From positions 7,304-71,303 of the forward strand of contig DAONDX010000005.1 in NCBI GenBank assembly GCA_035402765.1: DNA of 64,000 nucleotides, given 5' to 3'. Shown here piece by piece: positions 27,163 through 37,960 of the stretch (position 1 is its first letter; the number at the start of each line of letters is the position of its first letter). The position numbers and the translations under genes are program-made. The notes under the pieces were generated by a model, which saw nothing but the letters and a program-made list of their open reading frames with translations, did not search any database and was not told the DNA's origin. This DNA comes from Candidatus Omnitrophota bacterium (lineage in GTDB: Bacteria; Omnitrophota; Gorgyraeia; Gygaellales; Profunditerraquicolaceae).

Positions 27163-28260
27163 ATGGAAGCAATACTGGCTTTAGAAGACGGTAAAATTTT
27201 TAGAGGAAAATCATTCGGGGCACCCGGAGAAAGATACGGCGAAGTGGTATTTAATACCGGCATGACCGGTTATCAAGAGGTGCTTACCGACCCTTCTTAT
27301 AAGGGGCAGATTGTGGTGATGACCTATCCTTTGATCGGAAATTACGGTATTAACAAAGAGGATGCAGAGTCTTCCGGAATATCTTTGGAAGGTTTTGTTG
27401 TTAAGGAGTGCAGTGCGATTGCCAGCTCCTGGCGTTCTCAGCAGTCACTCTCTGATTATTTATCCGAGAATAACATTCTAGGTATGCAGGGAATAGATAC
27501 GCGGGCCTTAACTTTGCATATCCGCAAAGCCGGAGCGATGAAAGCGGTTTTGTCTACGCTGGATTTGGATGAAAAGAGTTTAGTCCAAAAAGCCAGGAAT
27601 TCTGCCGGTTTAGTCGGCAGGGATTTAGTCAAAGAAGTTGCTTGCCGAAGTAAGCATGTTTGGCCAGGGATGCTTCCAAAAAACAAATATAAGGTTGTGG
27701 TTGTTGATTGCGGAGTAAAGTATAACATTTTGAATAAGCTAGCGGAAAATAAATGCCGGGTAATTGTTGTCCCGGCTAAAACATCCGCTAACGAAATTTT
27801 GAAAATGAAACCGGATGGTATTCTGCTTTCAAACGGCCCGGGAGATCCTGCGGCAGTCAGTTATGTTATTGAAACAACAAAACGATTAATCGGAAAGATC
27901 CCGATATTCGGAATCTGTTTAGGGCATCAGATACTCGGTTTGGCTTTAGGGGGCAGGACTTTTAAGCTTAAATTCGGCCATCACGGGGTAAACCACCCGG
28001 TTAAAGATTTAAAAACAAATAAAGTTTTAATCACGGTTCAGAACCATGGTTTTTGTGTGGATATAGATTCTTTAAGCAAGAAAGATATAGAAGTTACCCA
28101 TATTAATTTAAACGATCAAACTTTAGAAGGTATGCGGCATAAAAAACTGCCTATATTTTCGGTGCAATTCCATCCGGAATCTTCAGCCGGTCCGCATGAC
28201 GCCGGATACTTATTTAGAGAGTTTATTAAGATGATGGAGAAATATGCCCAAGAGAACTGA
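27163..28260 (+). CDS. carA: carbamoyl-phosphate synthase small (glutaminase) subunit
   Basis: GICLGHQ catalytic Cys. HNHGF...FHPE triad region. Confidence 0.9.
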   Translation: MEAILALEDGKIFRGKSFGAPGERYGEVVFNTGMTGYQEVLTDPSYKGQIVVMTYPLIGNYGINKEDAESSGISLEGFVVKECSAIASSWRSQQSLSDYLSENNILGMQGIDTRALTLHIRKAGAMKAVLSTLDLDEKSLVQKARNSAGLVGRDLVKEVACRSKHVWPGMLPKNKYKVVVVDCGVKYNILNKLAENKCRVIVVPAKTSANEILKMKPDGILLSNGPGDPAAVSYVIETTKRLIGKIPIFGICLGHQILGLALGGRTFKLKFGHHGVNHPVKDLKTNKVLITVQNHGFCVDIDSLSKKDIEVTHINLNDQTLEGMRHKKLPIFSVQFHPESSAGPHDAGYLFREFIKMMEKYAQEN

Positions 28261-29887
28261 TATTAAGAAGATTTTAATTATTAGCTCAGGCCCGATTGTC
28301 ATCGGCCAGGCCTGTGAGTTTGATTATTCCGGGACGCAAGCCTGTAAAGTTTTAAGACAGGAAGGTTATCATGTGATTTTAGCTAATTCCAACCCGGCTA
28401 CGATCATGACCGACCCGGAATCGGCCAATAAGACTTATATTGAGCCTCTTTCGGTAGAGGTTTTAGAAAAAATCATCATCCGGGAAAAACCGGATTGCTT
28501 ACTGCCTACTTTGGGCGGTCAGACGGCTTTGAATTTAGCGGTAGAATTGGCGGAAAAAGGAATATTAAAAAAACATAAAGTCCAGGTTATCGGGGCAAAT
28601 ATTAAAGCCATTAAAAAAGGCGAGGACCGCCGGCTTTTTAAGGCGGCCATGCAAAAAATCGGGCTGGATTTACCCAGGAGCCAAAAAGCGTATAATTTAG
28701 CAGAAGCTTCTGCCGTGGTTAAGGAGATAGGTTTTCCGGTGATTATCCGGCCGAGTTTTACTTTGGGCGGTACCGGCGGCAGCGTGGCTTATAATTTAGA
28801 GGAATTCAAAAAATTGGCTAAATTCGGGCTGGAATCCAGCATGATCAGTGAAATTTTAATCGAAGAAAGCGTTGCCGGTTGGAAAGAATTTGAGCTTGAG
28901 GTTATGCGGGATAAAAAAGATAATGTCGTAATTATCTGTTCCATTGAAAATTTTGATCCGATGGGGGTGCATACCGGGGATAGTATTACGGTTGCTCCGA
29001 TCCAGACGCTCACCGATAAAGAATACCAGAAAATGCGCGATGCGGCGATTGCCTGTATCCGGGAAATCGGTGTTGAGACGGGCGGTTCGAATATCCAGTT
29101 TGCCGTCGACCCTAAGACCGGGCGGCTGGTTGTAATTGAAATGAATCCGCGAGTTTCCAGAAGCTCGGCTTTATCTTCTAAAGCCACGGGTTTTCCGATT
29201 GCAAAAATTGCCGCCAAATTAGCGGTGGGCTATACTCTGGATGAGATTTCCAATGATATTACTAAAAAGACCCCCGCTTGTTTTGAGCCGACGATTGATT
29301 ATTGCGTAGTGAAAATTCCCCGTTTTACCTTTGAAAAATTTCCCCAAGCTGATTCTACCCTTACGGTATCGATGAAGTCAGTAGGCGAGGTAATGTCGAT
29401 CGGCAGGAGCTTTAAAGAGGCCCTGCAAAAAGCGCTGCGTTCTTTAGAAATCGGCTTGAGCGGTTTGGATGATTTGAAATCTTTACCGGATGATGACCAG
29501 TTATTAAAAAATTTAAGGGTGCCCAACGCTTTAAGGATTCTTTATATTAAGGCGGCGATAAAGAAAGGCTATAGTTTAGATAAAATAAATAGTTTGACCG
29601 GAATTGACATCTGGTTTTTAGAGAATATCAGGCAGATTATTGAAATGGAGACAGAAATTAAAGAAAAATTGAGATTAAATAACGAGGATTCCTCAATTCG
29701 GCTTCTCAAAAAAGCAAAAGAATTTGGTTTTTCAGATGTGCAGTTGGCGCGATTATCCGGCCAAAGCCAGACTGCTATAAGAAAGTGGCGGGTGGGTTTA
29801 GGAATAATTCCGGATTACAAATTAGTTGATACCTGCGCGGCGGAATTTGAGGCAGCCACTCCTTATTATTATTCGACCTATGAATAG
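28244..29887 (+). CDS. carB: carbamoyl-phosphate synthase large subunit, N-terminal half only (split carB)
   Basis: [26 protein letters not shown]... aligns with the carboxyphosphate ATP-grasp and oligomerisation domains. The ORF ends at ~547 aa with a stop followed by an RBS and purF. Confidence 0.85.
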   Translation: MPKRTDIKKILIISSGPIVIGQACEFDYSGTQACKVLRQEGYHVILANSNPATIMTDPESANKTYIEPLSVEVLEKIIIREKPDCLLPTLGGQTALNLAVELAEKGILKKHKVQVIGANIKAIKKGEDRRLFKAAMQKIGLDLPRSQKAYNLAEASAVVKEIGFPVIIRPSFTLGGTGGSVAYNLEEFKKLAKFGLESSMISEILIEESVAGWKEFELEVMRDKKDNVVIICSIENFDPMGVHTGDSITVAPIQTLTDKEYQKMRDAAIACIREIGVETGGSNIQFAVDPKTGRLVVIEMNPRVSRSSALSSKATGFPIAKIAAKLAVGYTLDEISNDITKKTPACFEPTIDYCVVKIPRFTFEKFPQADSTLTVSMKSVGEVMSIGRSFKEALQKALRSLEIGLSGLDDLKSLPDDDQLLKNLRVPNALRILYIKAAIKKGYSLDKINSLTGIDIWFLENIRQIIEMETEIKEKLRLNNEDSSIRLLKKAKEFGFSDVQLARLSGQSQTAIRKWRVGLGIIPDYKLVDTCAAEFEAATPYYYSTYE

Positions 29888-29897
29888 GAGGTTTTAA

Positions 29898-31268
29898 ATG
29901 TGCGGAATATTAGGGATATATCCACATAAAGATGCGGCGACCTTGGCTTGTTTAGGCCTGTATGCGCTTCAACATCGGGGGGAAGAATCCGCCGGGATAA
30001 TTACCCGCAACGGTAAGAAGGTGCATTTGCATAAAGCCTTAGGCTTAGTCAGCGATGTGTTTGATGAAAAAATCCTGCGCAGTTTACGCGGTGATTTTGC
30101 TATTGGACATCTGCGTTATTCGACTACCGGAAGCAGCAATATTAAAAATACCCAACCCTTTTACGTAAAATCAAAGATCGGGAATATTGCTATCGCGCAT
30201 AACGGAAATCTTACTAATACGCTGGAGCTTTCCAAAGAGTTGGAAAATAACGGCGCCTTATTCCAGACGACCATGGATTCAGAGATTATTGCCCACCTTC
30301 TTGCGCATAGCCAGAAAAAAGATATTAAGGAGGCGATTATCTGGTCGCTTGCTAAACTGGAAGGGGCGTATTCTTTAGTTTTAATGCTTAAGGACACTTT
30401 GGTCGGAGCCAGGGATACTTTCGGCTGGCGCCCGCTTTGCCTGGGAAAATTTGAAGGGGCTTATATTCTGGCCAGTGAAACCTGCGCTTTGGATTTAATT
30501 AATGCGGAGTATATCCGGGATATTGAACCGGGTGAAATAGTATTTATTAACAAAGGAAGCTTGGAGTCGATTAAGCCTTTTAAAAAGACAAAGCATGCGC
30601 ATTGTATTTTTGAATATATTTATTTTGCCCGTCCGGATAGCAATATTTTCGGCCATAACGTGTATCTGGCGCGGAAAAAACTGGGCGCGCAATTAGCCAG
30701 GGAATTTCCGGTTCAGGCGGATATGGTGATGCCGATTCCTGATTCCGGGGTATTTGCCGCTTTGGGATATTCGGAAATTTCCAAGATTCCTTTTGAGTTC
30801 GGGATGATCCGTAATCATTATATCGGAAGGACTTTTATTCAACCTAGCCAAGAGATGCGCGATTTTCGGGTAAAAATAAAACTTAATCCTTTAAGGGATG
30901 TCTTAAGAGGCAAAGAAGTAATTTTGGTTGAAGATTCTATCGTGCGTGGCACTACCAGCAGGGCGCGGCTTAAGACTTTACGCCAGGCAGGAGTAAAAAA
31001 GATCCATATGCGGGTCAGCTGTCCGCCGCTTAAATTTCCTTGTTTTTACGGTATAGATTTCCCCACTAAGAAAGAGCTGGTTGCCTCCAAGCATGATATT
31101 GCCTGGATCCGTGATTTTATCGGCGCCGATAGCCTGGAATATTTAAGCTTGGAAGGGATGTTAAGTGCCATGCCTTTGCCTAAAGAAAATTTCTGCACCG
31201 CTTGTTTTACGGGCAAATACCCGCTTGACCATGCCTGCCATTTTTCTAAAAACATTTTAGAGAAATAG
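29898..31268 (+). CDS. purF: amidophosphoribosyltransferase
   Basis: MCGILGIY N-terminal nucleophile. PRTase motif. C-terminal Cys ligands. Confidence 0.95.
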   Translation: MCGILGIYPHKDAATLACLGLYALQHRGEESAGIITRNGKKVHLHKALGLVSDVFDEKILRSLRGDFAIGHLRYSTTGSSNIKNTQPFYVKSKIGNIAIAHNGNLTNTLELSKELENNGALFQTTMDSEIIAHLLAHSQKKDIKEAIIWSLAKLEGAYSLVLMLKDTLVGARDTFGWRPLCLGKFEGAYILASETCALDLINAEYIRDIEPGEIVFINKGSLESIKPFKKTKHAHCIFEYIYFARPDSNIFGHNVYLARKKLGAQLAREFPVQADMVMPIPDSGVFAALGYSEISKIPFEFGMIRNHYIGRTFIQPSQEMRDFRVKIKLNPLRDVLRGKEVILVEDSIVRGTTSRARLKTLRQAGVKKIHMRVSCPPLKFPCFYGIDFPTKKELVASKHDIAWIRDFIGADSLEYLSLEGMLSAMPLPKENFCTACFTGKYPLDHACHFSKNILEK

Positions 31269-31392
31269 AGTCTTATTATATATTAAGGTATTACGTATAT
31301 AATAAGGCCAATAAATTAGAGAGGCTGATTCTTGTAGAATATGAGATGAATACCGGTAATATTGTTATTTTTTACTTAATAGGAGAGTTTAT

Positions 31393-31430
31393 GGCCTATG
31401 ATCGCTAGTAGCGGTTGTAGGCCTTTTTAT
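31393..31430 (+). terminator. rho-independent terminator after the nitrogen supercluster
   Basis: GGCCTA...TAGGCC stem with an internal CGCTA-G-TAGCG hairpin, followed by TTTTTA. Confidence 0.45.
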
Positions 31431-31488
31431 GGTCTCCTGCCCGACAATCTAGTTTTTATCTTAATTTAGGGATAAATTAAAAAAAATA

Positions 31489-31517
31489 TTGACAATTAAG
31501 CTTAAATATGGTATCTT
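31489..31517 (+). promoter_or_regulatory. sigma-70-like promoter upstream of the abrB-like gene
   Basis: A-tract, then TTGACA, 17 nt, TATCTT. Confidence 0.35.
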
Positions 31518-31593
31518 TTGTATACTATGTAATACTTTTCATACCAGTGACCCGGAAGATTTTAAAGCAATTAATTAAGAAAGAGGGCAGAAG

Positions 31594-31833
31594 ATGAGTA
31601 ATCCCACGAAGTTTTACGGTAAAGTCCCGGTAGGCTCAAAGGGGCAGATTGTTATTCCTGCAGAAGCCAGAAGAGCAATGGATATTAAGCCGGGAGATAA
31701 TGTTGTTATTATTTCTGGTCCGGCTCATCTGAATAAGGTAATGAGTATTGTACCTGAGGGCGAATTTAATAAATTCCTTAAGTTTTTTGAAGATCATCTC
31801 GCGGATATGAAAAAAATAATTACCGAAAAATAA
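31594..31833 (+). CDS. AbrB/MazE/SpoVT-family DNA-binding protein
   Basis: GQIVIPAEARRAMDIKPGDNVVI swapped-hairpin motif. Confidence 0.65.
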   Translation: MSNPTKFYGKVPVGSKGQIVIPAEARRAMDIKPGDNVVIISGPAHLNKVMSIVPEGEFNKFLKFFEDHLADMKKIITEK

Positions 31834-31856
31834 ATATAACGTTATTTGGAGAGAAA

Positions 31857-33053
31857 ATGCAAAGTAAAGTAAATTTTTTTGATTTCGGATGGGTATCCCT
31901 AAAAAACAGGTTGACCAAAGTCTATCGGCCTGGTTTTTTTATAGCTGCCATGTTTTTGGGAATTTCATTTTTGCTTTTAACGGTGTCGGGTTGTAAGCCG
32001 TCCGCCCGGCCTCTGCCGCCGGGGCCCGAAGTGGACGTGGTGGTCTTGCGTCCGGAACGGTTAGTACTTAAGACTGAATTACCTGGCCGCACATCCGCCT
32101 TTTTAGTTGCTGAAATCCGTCCCCAGGTTAACGGGTTGATCCTGAAACGTTTATTTACTGAAGGTTCTGAAATCAAAGCCGGCCAAATACTTTATCAAAT
32201 CGATCCGGCTCCGTTTCAAGCGGCATTTGAGAAAGTCAGGGCTAATTTACCGGCCCTCCAGTTGAGGGTTGACCGTTATAAGGAAGCGTTGATCGAAAAA
32301 GCAATTAGCCAACAGGATTTTGATGATGCCAGCGCCGCTTTGAAACAGGCTAAAGCGGAATTAAAGACCGCCCGCATTAATCTTAACTATACTACCATTA
32401 CCTCGCCAATTACCGGCCGTATCGGGACCTCTACTGTTACAGAGGGGGCGATTGTAACGGCATATCAACCGCAAGCCCTGGCAACTATCCAACAACTGGA
32501 TCCGATTTATGTTGATATTCCTCAGTCTACTACTGAATTGCTCCGCTTGCGGCGTAGTTTAGAAGACGGTCGTCTTAATCAGGATGGCACGGATCAGAAT
32601 AAAGTAAAACTTATTTTGGAGGACGGCACGCCGTATCCTTTAGACGGAGTGCTTCAATTCCAGGATATTACAGTGGATCCGACAACAGGTTCAGTTATTT
32701 TACGGGTAATTTTTCCGAATCCGCAGGGTATTCTTTTGCCGGGCATGTTTGTCCGGACAGAGATTATAGAAGGTGTTGATGAGCGGGCTATTCTTGTTCC
32801 TCAACAGGGAGTTTCCCGCAACCCGAAAGGTGAAGCCATTGCTTTTATTGTGGATGTTGAAAATAAGGTTCAGCAAAGAATGCTTACTCTTGACCGGGCG
32901 ATCGGCGATAAATGGTTTGTTTCCTCAGGCCTTAATCCCGGTGACCGGGTAATTGTTGAGGGTATACAAAAGGTCAGACCCGGTGTTTCGGTGAAAGTTG
33001 TTTCTTCTGACGGCGGTCTTAAGAATAGCTCGCCGTCTATAAATACGAATTAA
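31857..33053 (+). CDS. RND efflux periplasmic adaptor (membrane fusion protein), lipoprotein
   Basis: Lipobox LLTVSGC. AcrA-like coiled-coil and beta-barrel segments. Alternative start at the internal Met preceding the signal peptide. Confidence 0.8.
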   Translation: MQSKVNFFDFGWVSLKNRLTKVYRPGFFIAAMFLGISFLLLTVSGCKPSARPLPPGPEVDVVVLRPERLVLKTELPGRTSAFLVAEIRPQVNGLILKRLFTEGSEIKAGQILYQIDPAPFQAAFEKVRANLPALQLRVDRYKEALIEKAISQQDFDDASAALKQAKAELKTARINLNYTTITSPITGRIGTSTVTEGAIVTAYQPQALATIQQLDPIYVDIPQSTTELLRLRRSLEDGRLNQDGTDQNKVKLILEDGTPYPLDGVLQFQDITVDPTTGSVILRVIFPNPQGILLPGMFVRTEIIEGVDERAILVPQQGVSRNPKGEAIAFIVDVENKVQQRMLTLDRAIGDKWFVSSGLNPGDRVIVEGIQKVRPGVSVKVVSSDGGLKNSSPSINTN

Positions 33054-33066
33054 ACGGAGAAATTTT

Positions 33067-36000
33067 ATGTTATCGAAATTTTTTCTCAAGCGTCCGGTTT
33101 TTGCCTGGGTAATTGCGATTATGATCATGATCTTGGGAGGATTAGCGATCTATAATCTGCCGATTGCTCAATATCCTCCGCTTGCTCCGCCATCTATCCG
33201 GATTGGCTGTCTTTATACCGGTGCTTCGGCGGAAACCGTGGAGAACGGCGTGACGCAGATCATTGAACAGCAAATGACCGGTTTGGACAAGATGTTGTAC
33301 ATGTCCAGCAGTAGTGATTCTTCCGGGCTTTCTTCCATTGAATTGACCTTTGCTCCGGGGACTGATCCGGATATTGCCTGGACTAAAGTTCAGAATAAGC
33401 TTCAACTGGCGATGGCGCGGCTGCCTGATGCCGTGCAACGCAGAGGTATTTCAGTCCGTAAATCCACTAAGAATTATCTATTGGTTGTGGGTTTGGTTTC
33501 TGAAGACGGCAGTATGAGTGATGTTGATTTACGTGATTATATGCTTAGTGTTGTGCAACCGGTATTAGCCAGGGTGCCCGGGGTAGGGGAAGCCGAAGGC
33601 ATTGGCGGTGAATACGCGATGCGTATTTGGTTTGACCCCAAAAAGCTGACCAACTACGGATTGACAGTAGCAGATGTTATGCAGGCTCTGCAAGATTATA
33701 ATGTCGAGGTCTCCGGCGGCCAGTTTGGCGCAGCTCCGTCAGTAGAAGGACAGCGTTTAAATGCTTCAATCATCGTACAGAATTTACTTAAAACTCCTGA
33801 AGAATTTTCTGCTGTTCCCGTCCGGATTAATCCGGACGGTTCGATTATCCGGATAAAAGATGTGGCGCGCACCGAATTGGGGAGCGATCTGGTGGATTCA
33901 AAAGTTTTCTTTAACCGGGATCAGCCGGCTTCCGGTATCACTATCCGTCAGGAACCCGGCGCTAATGCTTTGAAAACGGCTGACGCGATCAAGGCAAAAA
34001 TGGAGGAATTGAGCCGTTATTTTCCTAAAGGGGTGAAGGTTATTTATCCTTATGATACTACTCCTTTTACCCGGGTAGCCATTAAAGAGGTAGCTAAGAC
34101 TTTAGTTGAGGCGATCTTTTTGGTCTTTTTGGTTATGTATCTGTTTATGGGGAACATCCGGGCAACATTGATACCTACAATCGCGGTGCCGGTGGTATTA
34201 CTGGGGACTTTTGCGGTACTCGGATTTTTTGGGTATTCCATCAACATGTTGACGATGTTCGCTATGGTTTTGGCAATTGGTCTGCTGGTGGATGACGCGA
34301 TTGTGGTAGTGGAGAATGTGGAGCGGTTGATGAGCGAGGAAGGACTTTCGCCGCGGGAAGCCGCCGCCAAATCCATGGAACAGATTACTCCGGCGTTAAT
34401 TGGTATTGGCCTGGTGCTTTCAGCGGTTTTTGGACCGATGGCGTTTTTTACTGGATCGACAGGTGTTATTTATCGTCAATTTTCAGTGACGGTTATCGCC
34501 TCGATGCTTCTTTCAGTGCTCGTGGCTTTGATTTTAAGCCCGGTGCTTTGCGCGACGTTTTTAAAGCCGGTACCCAAAGGCCATCAACTTGCGGAAAGCG
34601 GGGTTTGGTTCCTGCGTCCTTTTTTCCGGTGGTTTGACAAAATATTTTTCGGGATCCGCGACCGGTACGTGCGGCTAGTGAGCAATTCGTTTAATAAAAA
34701 AACGCGTTATATCTTTTTCTATTTTGTGATTGTTGCGGTTATGTTATTTGCGTTCATGAGGATGCCTACGGGTTATCTGCCGGATGAAGACCAGGGTATT
34801 TTGGCGATTATGGCAACATTGCCCGCAGGCTCTACGCTGGAACAAAGCGAAGCGGTAATGAATAAGATCCGGAATTATTTTGCGGCTAATGAAAAAGATG
34901 CGGTTGAATCTGTGATGACGGTTGCCGGCCAGAATCAATCCGGCCGCGGCCAGAATATCGGTATGGCTTTTGTTAAGCTTAAAGATTGGGAGTTACGCAA
35001 GCGGGCTAATCTAAAATCGGATGCTGTAGCTGATCGGGCAATGAAGAATTTTGCCCTCTATAACGAAGCATTGGTTTATGCTTTTTCACCGCCATCGATT
35101 ATCGAGTTGGGCAATGCCAAAGGTTTTGATTTTCAGTTACAGGACCGGGGGGGTGCCGGCCATTTAAAACTTATGGAGGCCCGCAATCAACTTATCGGAT
35201 TGGCGGCTCGGGATCAGCGCCTGATCCGCGTACGGCCAAATGGGCTGGAAGATGTCTCCCAATATAAGATCGATTTGGATTGGGAGAAAGCCGGAAGCCT
35301 GGGTGTTTCGATCGCTTCTATTCAAGATACGATTTCTACCACTTTCGGTTCCAGTTACGTTAATGATTATGTAAAAGACGGGCGGATCAAGCATGTCGAT
35401 GTTCAGGCGGACGCTCCTTACCGCATGCTGCCCGAAGATCTGAAAAATATTTACGTGCGTAACAAACAGGGGAAAATGGTGCCCTATTCTTCTTTTGCTT
35501 CCGGCCACTGGATTTTTGGATCTCCGAAGCTAGAACGTTACAATGCCTTTCCGTCTATCAATATCTGGGGAGAACCGGCCAAGGGCAGGAGCTCGGGAGA
35601 AGCGATGCAGGCGATGGAAGAACTTGCTTCAAAGCTACCGCGTGAGTTTGGTTACGATTGGACCGGGCTTTCTTACCAGGAAAGGCAAAGCGGCGCACAG
35701 ACAGGACCGCTTTACGCCTTTTCCCTATTGATTATCTTTTTGTGTGTGGCGGCTTTGTACGAAAGTTGGAGTATCCCGATCGTTAATTTATTAATGTTAC
35801 CGCTGGGTGTTCTTGGAGCGACCTTGGCTACGAGTTTACGCGGGATGCCCAATGATGTTTACTTTCAGATCGGATTCCTTACTACCTTGGGTTTATCTAC
35901 TAAAAATGCTATATTAATCATCCAGTTTGCGCAACAGCGTTTGGAGCATGGAGAAAAGATGGTGGAGGCAACCCTGGGAGCAGTGAAAACCCGATTCCGC

Positions 36001-36252
36001 CCGGTTATTATGACTTCTATGGCTTTCTTTTTCGGCGTTTTGCCGTTAGCTATCACTTCCGGCGCAGGAGCCGGAGCCCAGAATGCTATTGGAACGGCAG
36101 TTGTCGGAGGGATGCTTTCGGCTACATTCATCGATCTTATTTTTATCCCGCTGTTTTTTATCATTGTAACCCGTTTCTTCGGACGCAAGCAACAGCAGCA
36201 AATTATTCCTGTTGAACTACCTGTGGTTACAGCCCTACAGAAGAAAAAATAA
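33067..36252 (+). CDS. RND efflux permease (HAE1, AcrB-like)
   Basis: 1061 aa, 12 TM helices, two large periplasmic loops, conserved TM4/TM10 motifs. Confidence 0.95.
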   Translation: MLSKFFLKRPVFAWVIAIMIMILGGLAIYNLPIAQYPPLAPPSIRIGCLYTGASAETVENGVTQIIEQQMTGLDKMLYMSSSSDSSGLSSIELTFAPGTDPDIAWTKVQNKLQLAMARLPDAVQRRGISVRKSTKNYLLVVGLVSEDGSMSDVDLRDYMLSVVQPVLARVPGVGEAEGIGGEYAMRIWFDPKKLTNYGLTVADVMQALQDYNVEVSGGQFGAAPSVEGQRLNASIIVQNLLKTPEEFSAVPVRINPDGSIIRIKDVARTELGSDLVDSKVFFNRDQPASGITIRQEPGANALKTADAIKAKMEELSRYFPKGVKVIYPYDTTPFTRVAIKEVAKTLVEAIFLVFLVMYLFMGNIRATLIPTIAVPVVLLGTFAVLGFFGYSINMLTMFAMVLAIGLLVDDAIVVVENVERLMSEEGLSPREAAAKSMEQITPALIGIGLVLSAVFGPMAFFTGSTGVIYRQFSVTVIASMLLSVLVALILSPVLCATFLKPVPKGHQLAESGVWFLRPFFRWFDKIFFGIRDRYVRLVSNSFNKKTRYIFFYFVIVAVMLFAFMRMPTGYLPDEDQGILAIMATLPAGSTLEQSEAVMNKIRNYFAANEKDAVESVMTVAGQNQSGRGQNIGMAFVKLKDWELRKRANLKSDAVADRAMKNFALYNEALVYAFSPPSIIELGNAKGFDFQLQDRGGAGHLKLMEARNQLIGLAARDQRLIRVRPNGLEDVSQYKIDLDWEKAGSLGVSIASIQDTISTTFGSSYVNDYVKDGRIKHVDVQADAPYRMLPEDLKNIYVRNKQGKMVPYSSFASGHWIFGSPKLERYNAFPSINIWGEPAKGRSSGEAMQAMEELASKLPREFGYDWTGLSYQERQSGAQTGPLYAFSLLIIFLCVAALYESWSIPIVNLLMLPLGVLGATLATSLRGMPNDVYFQIGFLTTLGLSTKNAILIIQFAQQRLEHGEKMVEATLGAVKTRFRPVIMTSMAFFFGVLPLAITSGAGAGAQNAIGTAVVGGMLSATFIDLIFIPLFFIIVTRFFGRKQQQQIIPVELPVVTALQKKK

Positions 36253-36253
36253 T

Positions 36254-37759
36254 ATGAAACGTATATCTGTTTTAATTTTAGCGATGGTTATTTGCTTGGG
36301 CGGTTGTACAATGATCCCGCCATACCGCCGGCCAAACGCTCCAATTTCTGAGCATTGGCCTAGCGGAGAGGCTTATTTACAGACGACTCCACAGGAGAAT
36401 AGCCAATTGGATGTCCGGCAATTAGAATGGCGGGAATTTTTCAACGATTCAAAATTGCAACAGGTTATCGAGATGGCTTTTAATAACAACCGGGATTTGC
36501 GGCTGGCTGTTTTGAATATGGAAAATGCGCGCGCTCTCTACGGAGTGCAACGGGCGAATTTGCTGCCTACGGTAAATGTGGCAGCAGGACTAAATAAACA
36601 GCGGTATTCTTCAGATTTTTTAGCTTCAACCGCCTCCAAGGAAGTAGAAAAATACAGCGTGGATTTAGGCATTACCGCTTGGGAGGTCGATTTTTTCGGA
36701 CGTATCCGCAGCTTAAAGAAACAGGCATTGGAAGAATATCTGGGCACTAAAGAAGCCCGCCGCAGCGCTCAGATCGCATTGGTTTACGAAGTGGTTAAAG
36801 CATATTTAACTATTGCTGCTGACCGGTCAAATCTTAATCTGGTTAAATCTATCCTTAAGACGCAGGAGGGCGTTTATAATCTAGCTCAGCGCAAGTATAA
36901 ACTTAAACTTATCAATGAAATAGATCTTTACCGGGCTAAAACCCAGATGGATACCGCCTATGCCGATGTTGTGCGTTATACGCAGCAGGAAGCTCTGGAT
37001 CATAATGCGCTGAACCTATTAGCCGGTGAATTGGTGCCGGAAGATCTCCTGCCGTCTGATCTGGAAAGTGTTAGCCCACTTAAAGATTTATCTGCCGGTT
37101 TATCTTCGCAGGTATTGCTTAAGCGGCCGGATATTATGGAAGCAGAACATCAACTAAAAGGCGCTTATGCTAATATTGGGGCGGCCCGGGCTGCTTTTTT
37201 TCCGAGTATTTCGCTGACTACTATATTGGGTACTGCCAGCAATGAGTTTTCAGGTTTATTTAAAGCCGGCAGGAATACTTGGACTTATGCCCCGCAGATA
37301 GTGATGCCGATTTTTGATGCGCGTACCTGGTCGGCATACAGGGTTAGTGAATCTACGCGCCAGATTGCGCTGGCTCAGTATGAAAAAGTTATTCAAACGG
37401 CTTTTCGCGAGGTGGCGGATGTACTTGCCGTGCAAGGTACCGTGGATAAACAAATAATGGGGGAACAATCCATCGTTGATTCCGCGCAGAAAATTTATGA
37501 TCTTTCAAGCAAACGTTATGCCAATGGGATCGATAGTTATTTAAGCGTTCTGGATGCGCAGCGTTCGCTTTATAGCGCGCAACGGGGGTTGATTTTCGCA
37601 AAATTTTCTAAACTCGCCAACCAGGCGAAGGCTTATGCGGTATTAGGCGGAGGCGGGCTTGATGAGCAGGAGGCCAGCAAACAGGATAACCGGGGATCCT
37701 TTCAAGACAAAATTCTTTCATTATTAGATTTTGAGTTTAAAAGAATGGATGCTGAATAA
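36254..37759 (+). CDS. outer-membrane efflux factor (NodT/TolC family lipoprotein)
   Basis: Signal peptide plus lipobox LGGCTM. Repeated OEP domains. ATG 36254 follows the acrB-like stop. Confidence 0.85.
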   Translation: MKRISVLILAMVICLGGCTMIPPYRRPNAPISEHWPSGEAYLQTTPQENSQLDVRQLEWREFFNDSKLQQVIEMAFNNNRDLRLAVLNMENARALYGVQRANLLPTVNVAAGLNKQRYSSDFLASTASKEVEKYSVDLGITAWEVDFFGRIRSLKKQALEEYLGTKEARRSAQIALVYEVVKAYLTIAADRSNLNLVKSILKTQEGVYNLAQRKYKLKLINEIDLYRAKTQMDTAYADVVRYTQQEALDHNALNLLAGELVPEDLLPSDLESVSPLKDLSAGLSSQVLLKRPDIMEAEHQLKGAYANIGAARAAFFPSISLTTILGTASNEFSGLFKAGRNTWTYAPQIVMPIFDARTWSAYRVSESTRQIALAQYEKVIQTAFREVADVLAVQGTVDKQIMGEQSIVDSAQKIYDLSSKRYANGIDSYLSVLDAQRSLYSAQRGLIFAKFSKLANQAKAYAVLGGGGLDEQEASKQDNRGSFQDKILSLLDFEFKRMDAE

Positions 37760-37960
37760 TCTTTTAGAGTAAATTAGGGGCTATCTTTAGACAGAAGAAG
37801 ATTACTTTAAAAGCAGTTTTTTACCGTTTGCCTATAAAGATGCGGATATATTTTTAACTCATATTTTTAAAATTTGTTGTAAAGATATTCGCAGCGCGGT
37901 AGAATATAAGTAAATAATTTGCGTTATGTTTTTTAAGAAGTTTTTAAAATATAGAGAATT

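Noticed and set aside
31272-31306. 11-bp AT-only inverted repeat CTTATTATATA...TATATAATAAG after purF.
   Set aside because: Pure A/T stem without a U-tract. It is unlikely to be a functional terminator. The GC-containing hairpin at 31393-31430 is the better candidate.
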